From Eledone cirrhosa (Eukaryota), in contig OZ024740.1 in the NCBI GenBank assembly GCA_964016885.1, positions 239,754,001-239,818,000 on the forward strand: a DNA stretch of 64,000 bases. Reading direction: 5' to 3'. Shown here piece by piece: positions 56,262 through 64,000 of the stretch. Numbering within the stretch: the stretch's first letter is position 1; each line of letters begins with the position of its first letter. Under the pieces are notes generated by a model. It worked only from the letters and a program-made list of their open reading frames with translations, was not told the origin of the DNA and did no database searches. The position numbers were made by a program, and so were the translations under genes.

Positions 56262-59200
56262 TTTCTTTGAGTCTCAGTCATTGATGTTATTTAACTGGAA
56301 AGTTTGTTGAAATGAATATCAAGCCGCTACCTGCAGCCTCAGATATTCAGGATGTATCGGAGGGTTATTGCTGTTCCCAGCAATCATGCCTTTTGAAGTG
56401 TTCCAAAAAGCGTGGCTGGACTAACTTTCTTTAACCATCCTTGTAAACTCTTTGAGATAGTACCTAGTGCGCCTATGACAATCGGGACGACTCTGACTTC
56501 ATGGCAGTTCCAAATCCTTTTTACCTCCCACTTTAATCCTGGTATCGGTTAATTTTCTCCCTCTCCTTTTCTTGCACTCTCGTGTAAAATGGGCAGGCTA
56601 CACTACTACAATCAGGCACGTTCTTTTTTCCTTTTCCAAAACCACCAGGCCAGGCCTATTGTGTTCCAGTTATCCGTCTGTATCCTAAAATCCCATAGCA
56701 CCTTCACCTGATCGTTTTCTATCACCGACTCTGGCTTATGCTCATACCACTTCTCAGAATGTGGTAAATTGTTTACTTTGCATAGGTGCCAGTGGATCAC
56801 CCTGCCCATCACATCATGTCTCCTGCCTTTATAGTGAGTCTGGGCTAGGTGTTTACACTCGGATACAATGTGAGCCACAGTCTCCTCTCTCCCTCCACAG
56901 ATCCTACTTCGTTTTGAGTTCCTGTTCGTGCGCAGCCATTAGCATTCCTTCTGTAGCCTTTTTAAGGTCTCCTCTTTTTAACCAGTTCCATGTCTGTGGA
57001 TTTCTAAATTCAGTTTTGTCAAAGAAGGTACTATGAAGGGATTTTTCATGAAGGTTGCTCTTCCTCCTTGTTGTTATTTCCTCCCTGGACATCCCCTGGT
57101 CTATTGTTCTCTCCTTCAGTCGGTCACGTATTTGTGTAGGTTGTTTTTCTCCATCTGAACACAGTCCTCTATGCTGATACGACCTCTTCCACCTTCAGAT
57201 CTCCTTAAGTAGAGTCTATCGACATCACTCCTCTTGTGGAACATGTTGTAGATAGTCAATAGCTTCCTAGTCTTCCTATCCATTTCTTTTTGTTCAGCAA
57301 CATTCCATTTCAGAATTCCCGCACTGTACCTAATAATAGACATAGCTCGGGAATTCACTGCACTTATGACATTCCTACTATTTAGATGTAATTTTAATAC
57401 GCTTCTTACTCTCCTAATGTACTCAGATCTTAACAATTCTTTCATTTTTTTGTTCTTGATGTCATCAGCCTCCAGAACACCTATTTGTATCCTTCTTCAG
57501 TATCGATTTCCTTTATCATCTCACCTGTTGGTACCTGGATTCCGTTGCTTCTGCTCAATTTACTCTTCTTCATCACAAGGACTCCACACTTACTAATACC
57601 AAATTGAATACATATATCATTGCTGAAAATACGGACAGTGTCAACAAGCACATCCAACTCCTTCTCACTCTTCCCGAAGAGCTTAAGATCGTCCATGAAG
57701 AGGAGGTGATTGATGGTAAGCTCTCCCTTTCCCAACATGTATCCCGCTCTCACCTTTCGAAGTATAATGGTCAGGGGGATCAGGGCAAGGACAAACAACA
57801 GAGGGGACAGACTATCTCCCTGGAAGATATCTCTCTTGATCTTCACGCCTCCCAAGGATTCTCTAGCTGATGTTAATTCTGTTTTCCAGGACTTCATACT
57901 TTTGCTCAACAACTGTCTGATGTTATCTGCCACCTTGAAGATCTCTAGGCTTTTGGTGATCCAAGAATGAGGCACCATGTCAAATGCCTTTTTGTAGTCT
58001 ATCTATCCCATGGCAATACCAGTGTGTCTCCTCTTGCAATTCCTCATTACCATCTTATCAGTAAGTAACTGGTCCTTTGTACCACGGAACTTCATTCAGC
58101 ATCCTTTCTGTTCGTCCGGTAACAAGTTGTTTATGTGGAGGTGATGGTAGATTTCCTCAGACACAATGCTCGTCAACAGTTTCCACATTACGGACAGACA
58201 TGTGATAGGTCTATATTTGGTAACATCATTACCCTGGGTTCGGTCTTTCATTATCAGAACTGTGGTACCTTTTGTCAACCACTCTGGTACCTCACCTGAC
58301 ATCAAGCAGTCATTGAACACGGTTGTCAGTTTCGGGTGGAGGGATGTTATATTTTTAATCCAATACCCCTGCATACCATCTGGACCTGGTGATTTCCAGT
58401 TGGTTAGTTTTCAGGCCTGCCCCTTAAGAATTTCAACTGTGATACTCAAGTCAGTTTCTTGGTGTGCCTGTTCACTAATCTCCTTTTATACTGTCTCAAT
58501 CCACACTGCCTGATCATTATGTTCACCATCCTGCCCCCATATTCCTCTCCAGAATGTCTTAGTTTGTTCCGCCTCAGGGATGAAGTCGTTGACTCTTTCT
58601 TTCCCTTCAAGCTGTCCAAACAACATCTTCTGGTTGGTGTCAAAAATGCGGTTCTGTCTATACTGACTGACTCTGCTCTCGTATCGCCTAATCTTTGCAC
58701 TCTTTGCTACAATGCGTTGCTTCAGTTCCTCTATGATAATATTTAGCTTTTTCCGCCTAGTTTTCTACTTTATTTCCAGTCTATTTTTTAGTGTCTATGT
58801 TTTGTAGTGTCCCATTCAGTAGGGACTCAAGCTTTCCAATGTCATTTCTCATTTCCTTGATTTGACCATTCAGTCGTTTCTTCCACCAAGGTTCTGATCT
58901 TTCTTGTTTGTTGTTTCTGATCTTTCCTGTTTGTTGTTTCAGTATTCAGATCATTGTCTGCTTCGGATGCTTCCTCCGTTCTCTCAACCCCTTCACCTTC
59001 ATCTTCCTCTGGCTCGTTTGCCTGGCATACTCCACTCTCCATTTCCAATCTAATCTCTCTGCTGAGTTCCTCCAGTTCCAGATCGCTTATCCACCCATTA
59101 GTTCTTATTACCCAGGCCTTCCCGACCAATTTTTGTTGATCTAATTTAAATAGACCAATCTCGTTCCAGATGCTATGCATCCGTTTCCTATAGCCTTTTT

Positions 59201-59520
59201 CCCTGGGGTTACTCTTCAGGTAACATTGCATAACAGTTCTATTCAATTCTTTCGTGCAGTTGGTTCTGGTCCCTTTCCTTCTTCTTCTTCCTCCAACACC
59301 AGCAGTATTTGGATGACAGCCAGGTCCCTGCTGCTGGGCCAGGGAGCACCTGCTGGGTGAGAGTCTGTCACATGACATTCCGTCCCCACTTCACCGTTAT
59401 TCGAACTGTTTAGGTTCAACATTTAAACACTCATATCGAGGATTGGTGAATGTATGGTTACATAACCACCGGTGATTTTCTCACCCCCAGTGATTTGATC
59501 ATCCCCGGTGATTTTAGCGT
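56262..59520 (-). mobile_element. Decayed R4/Dong-clade element (family B)
   Basis: KYRPITCL, DEQKGC, IFQGDSLSPLLF, LFMDDLKLF, DVDRLYL.RSEGGRG, HIVSEC, RRHD, LWDFRIQTD; many frameshifts. The 3' end abuts the SINE (ATT)n tail. Confidence 0.9.
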
Positions 59521-59861
59521 GGCACTATCACGCTGTATACGAACATAAATAAATAAACAAATAAATAGGTAAAAACCTAAAAAAATAAGCATAAGTTTCA
59601 TTGTAATGTAATGTTTGAATGTCTGACTTAGTTTTTTTGTTTGTTTGTTTGTTTTTCTTTTCTTTTTTCTTTTCTTTACGTTTTTCGTTGCTGCTGTGCT
59701 GTTTTGATTTTGAATTTTGATTTTTTGATTTTTTGACCGGGTCAGCAAATCAGACTAGTTATATCTTTTGATACCTTCCTCACTTAGTGGGAATACTACA
59801 ATCCCTCTGTCTTAGCAGGAGGTAGTGGGAGAGAATAGCGGCGGTAGCGATAATGAGGCAG

Positions 59862-60056
59862 TGGTGGTGGTGGTGATGTGATCGTAGTACTGTAGTGATA
59901 GTGTTGAAGTTGAAGTAGAAATAGAAGTTGAAGTAACAGTTGGCTTGGCTAGATTTTTTTGGTGGTGGTGGTGATGTGATCGTAGTACTGTAGTGATGGT
60001 GTTGAAGTTGAAGTAGAAATAGAAGTTGAAGTATCAGTTGGCTTGGCTAGATTTTT
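59862..60056. repeat. Tandem duplication of ~97 bp
   Basis: ggtggtggtgatgtgatcgtagtactgtag...ggcttggctagatttttt occurs twice. Confidence 0.85.
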
Positions 60057-60396
60057 TGTGTGGTAGTGGTGATGGTGTCGGTGGTGGTGTTGCTCGTGAA
60101 ATTATTTGCCTGTCTGTCCACGTAGCGATTTCCTCTTTTTTTACTATAACATTTCTGATCCAAAATTAAATATTAAATATTAAATATTGGGGCCCTATGC
60201 CATAATGTGATGAGTTGTCGCTTGCTGAGAGGTAAAACTGTAATCTTATGTTTCATTTGTAATAAGAATTATTCTATCACAGTTGTTTTAAATATGTAAA
60301 AATCAAAAACTTACGGGAGCGATTCCTAAACACTATATCCACCACGTGCATATCTTCCCTATATCCCTATTATTATTATTATTATTATTATTGTTA

Positions 60397-60612
60397 TTCC
60401 TTGAATCTCAGTCATTGATGTTGGTTAACTGGAAAGTCCGTTGGATTGAATATCAAGCCACTACCTGCAGCCTCAGATATTCAGGACGTATCGGAGGGTT
60501 CTTGCTGTTCCAAGCAAGCATGCCTTTTGAAGCGTTCCAAAAAGCGTGAAGGGGCCGATTTTCTTTAACCATCCCTGGAAACTTTTGGAGATAGTCCCCA
60601 GTGCGCCTATGA

Positions 60613-60613
<1 letters not shown>
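60397..60613 (-). mobile_element. Short 3' fragment of a Dong family B relative, between (ATT)n tracts
   Basis: Aligns to ~56266-56478 (tctcagtcattgatgtt...ctacctgcagcctcagatattcagga...agtgcgcctatga). Confidence 0.85.
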
Positions 60614-60686
<73 letters not shown>

Positions 60687-60688
<2 letters not shown>

Positions 60689-61748
60689 AGTTGCATTTAT
60701 CTTGCTTTATGTTCATACGAGTTATCACCAAGTCACAACCAGTGACCTCAAGAGACAACAAGGTCCGCCATGTTCAAGAAAGAACATACATACTCACACA
60801 TGCATCTTTAGTGTTTAGACTTGTGATGTACTTATATTGACAGAATCTTCCTTAGTATATGGGCAGTTCCCATTAGTACTATCTTTTGTATTTTTCCTAT
60901 ACGCGGGTTTCCTGGGATTTGCGATAAGTAGTCATTAGACCCCTTAGGTATCATTCCCAGAGCGCCTACAACCACTGGTATTGTTTTAGTTCTCAATTTC
61001 CACATTTTTCCAATTTCTATCTCCAGGTCCTTATACTTGCTCAATTTTTCAAATGTTTTTATAATACATTCTTGTCTATTGGAACAGACATATCAATTAG
61101 CAGGCATACCCTCTTTTGAAAGTCCTTCAATATTATATCAGGTCTATTTGCATCTATTTTTCGGTCTGTTTGGATGCTAAAGTTCCACAAGATTGAGATG
61201 TGATCTTTTTCAAGTATGGGAGGTGGTTGATGCTCCCACCAATTCTTTTGATGGGGCAGGTCAAAATGTTTACACATTATCCAATGTATGTATTGTGCAG
61301 CTCTGTCATGCCTGTTTAGGTATTCGGTTGGAGCTATAGGACTGCACATTGAAATTATATAGTCAATGGTCTCTGGTTGTTTTTTGCATACACGGCATAA
61401 TGGGCTGCACCCATTTTTTATTATGTTGGCTTGGTAATTTTTTGTTGGCAGACACTGATCTTGTGCCGATATAATCAGTCCTTCAGTCTCCGATTTCAGT
61501 CCAGAGGATGCCAACCACTGATGGGTTAAAGTTTTGTCAACATCGGGATTGTTAGCTCGCTCTGGGTATTTTCCATACAGAGGCTTTTCTTGCCATTTCT
61601 TAGCCAGTTTCTGTAGCAGTTCTTTCTTTGCAGTTATTTTTACCTGCTTTGCTTTTTCTGTGTTTTCCATTTCAGCAGTAAATGGGACTTCTGAAATTTG
61701 TAGTCCATTACTGTATCTTTGTGCATCTTTCGTAATGGAATATGATCT
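60687..61748 (-). mobile_element. 5'-truncated copy of Dong family A, (TAA)n on both sides
   Basis: Near-identical to 47508-48568, including 3'UTR; ORFs 61059-61670 and 60832-61044. Confidence 0.95.
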
Positions 61749-61771
61749 ACTTCTTCTTCATCTTCTTCTTC

Positions 61772-61809
<38 letters not shown>

Positions 61810-64000
61810 GAATGCCATGGTTGACGGAGGCTCGGCTCTGTAAGGTATTGTAAATTTTGACCGCTATAACAATTGTAAATTGTTTAAAACTTTAACCAAA
61901 CTGTAGACAAAAACACCCTCCTCCTCGTGAGAGCGGTCTTTCTGCCCGTTATTTGGCCCTTCGGGGTTAAATAACCGCTTATTGGGGTTTTGTGCCCAAT
62001 ATTTATTTTAAACCAAAAAAACATGGCTACGAAAAATAATTTTCACAAGTCACTCCCACTCATTCCGTCTTCTTCTTCCCCAATCGTCACTACAGCAGAG
62101 AGAAGATTGTCTCTCTCCCTCCCTTCTCTTTCGCAAGCGACGCCAGTAAAGAAAAATAGTTTCCAAAATCACGTGAGAAACATGGAACATTTCTCCACGA
62201 CGACGACAACGGCGAAAAAGGTGTGCGGTAAATACGAAAACCCATTTCATTCGTCTGACGTCATGAATAATAGTAGTAGCAGCCGTAATAACAGCAGCAG
62301 CAGCAACAGTGACAAGGAAAACAACAGTAGCAGCCGCATCAGCATCAGCAGCAGCATAAACAACAACAGTATTAGCAGCAACAGCAACAATAACAGCAGC
62401 AGCAGCAACAACAACAACAACCACAGCAACAGCGGCGGCGGCAGTAGTCGTAGTACCTGCAGCAACAACAAAAGTAACAGCAGCTCTGACGACAACAACA
62501 ACAACAACAACAGCAGCAAAGAAAAACCAATCTCGTTTGCAGGTATCGCAAAGAACCTGGAAACCATCCTCATAACAAATGAGGAATTACAGGAAGCAAA
62601 GAAGTTGGTGACGAAAACCGGACACCGAGCAATCTGCAAGGCAGCCGAAAAGTTTTTCGAAACCCAACAGCACTGTACGGTCACGTACCGTACAGTAAGC
62701 ACAACATCCCGTAGGGTTGAAAGAGCCACAGAGGCTCAAATACAAAAAGCCTTGGGGTCTGTGTGGCAGCGGAAAACTCATATCACCCGAGGCAAGAAAT
62801 ATGCCACCGTAGACGTGCTTTTTGCCACACCCGAGGAGCAAAGACTCAATCCTTAGTGACCCTAAGGAGCGAGGAAATGGTGTTGGTGCCCTCCTACTGC
62901 GGGCAAAAAATTGTGAGGGTCAAACTGACCCACGTCCCGCTCGGGATGGCCCCTTCTTGGCTGGCCGCGTCTGTCCTCGTCGGAATCGAGGACAAATCAA
63001 CTGTACTGCAAGTACAGAAAAAAGTAAGAGAAGATTGGGTCGGCACCTCCATTGAGATGTTAATCCAAACCAACCATGAGTGCATCGAAGCTATCCCGGA
63101 TGTGATAGACTTCGATAACGGCACTCAACTGCCCATAAGTGTTGAGGGCAAACGCCCGAAATGCTTTCGCTGTGGATCGAAGACTCACCTCAAGGCCTTC
63201 AGCAACGAGAAGACCCTGAGAAAGGAGAAAACCCCCCTCCTTTCGAAACCGGCTCCACTGCTACCAACAGCAGGACAAGCGGCAACCAGGAACGATAGGT
63301 CCGTGGCACCCATACCCACGCCACGGAAATCAAGAACAGCAGCGGCAGTGGAAGTATTAACAACAACAACAGTAATGCCAACTGCAGCTGCAACAGAGAC
63401 TCCACTGCAAACATCTCGGCAACTGATGCGGAGTGTTGCGAAAGGCCGATAACAGCCGCTGAAGTACGGGAGGCAATGACTGGCTGCACAAGGGGTAAAT
63501 CGCCTGGTTTAGATGGTCTGTCCTATGAACTTTACGTACAGATGCCAGACTTGTTCGGAGGCCTCTTGGCGGACGTCTACTGCAACTGGCAACAGAACGG
63601 GAGAATTCCCAGCTCTGTGAGCCGAGGAGCGGTGGCGCTGCTGAGAAAGGATCCGAACAAGGGGGATAACATAGATAATTTCAGGCCCATAACTCTGCTA
63701 AACACAGAGTTCAAGATTTTGGCCAAGGTGCTAGCAAATAGGTTGGCGCTTGTCGTTGGTGGTCTGGTGGGAGAGGCGCAGACATGCGCCATTCCCGACA
63801 AATTCATCCACGACAACCTCCACCTCATGCGATACATCGTAGAGAGGGTAGCTAGGGAACCTGGCACGGGTGTGTCCTTGATCAATTTAGATCAGTCGAA
63901 AGCTTTCGATAGGGTCGACCATCGTTACCTAGCGGCAGTCCTGAGGGCGGCTGGCTTTGGGCCTGTCTTCAGAGGCTGGATCGCTGCCATGCACAGCGAC
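61810..64000 (+). mobile_element. Third Tx1-type element: 5'UTR + ORF1 fused at ~63414 directly to mid-ORF2 (RT); runs off the window
   Basis: MATKNN (62023), Ser/Asn-rich tract, RRVERATEAQIQKALG, KRPKCFRCGSKTHLKAF. From ~63414 near-identical to 34723-35254, including FRPITLLNTEFKIL and KAFDRVDH. Confidence 0.9.

Overview
AT-rich, microsatellite-dense animal DNA, probably from an octopus or other coleoid cephalopod (inferred from SINE style and (TA)n/(CA)n/(ATT)n load). No host protein-coding gene is confidently supported, and nearly all listed ORFs are microsatellite artefacts or decayed retroelement pieces. The window has two parts. (1) 1-30 kb holds Penelope-like elements (PLEs: RT + GIY-YIG) and ORF-less PLE terminal-repeat (pLTR) remnants, mostly next to (TA)n. 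They carry about 13 type I hammerhead ribozyme motifs of several families and repeatedly form fold-back structures. A ~5.4 kb inverted duplication (18040-23404 = reverse complement of 27275-32712) is bracketed by a 64 bp inverted repeat from a hammerhead-bearing pLTR, and one breakpoint lies in the ribozyme core. This is the best candidate for an undescribed process: PLE-linked capture of neighbouring DNA. (2) 30-64 kb is a nested stack of Tx1/L1-type LINEs (+ strand), R4/Dong-type LINEs (- strand) and tRNA-derived SINEs, mostly joined at (ATT)n/(TAA)n tracts, plus 42 bp and 25 bp minisatellite arrays. All alignments and folds were done by eye; element ends are approximate.
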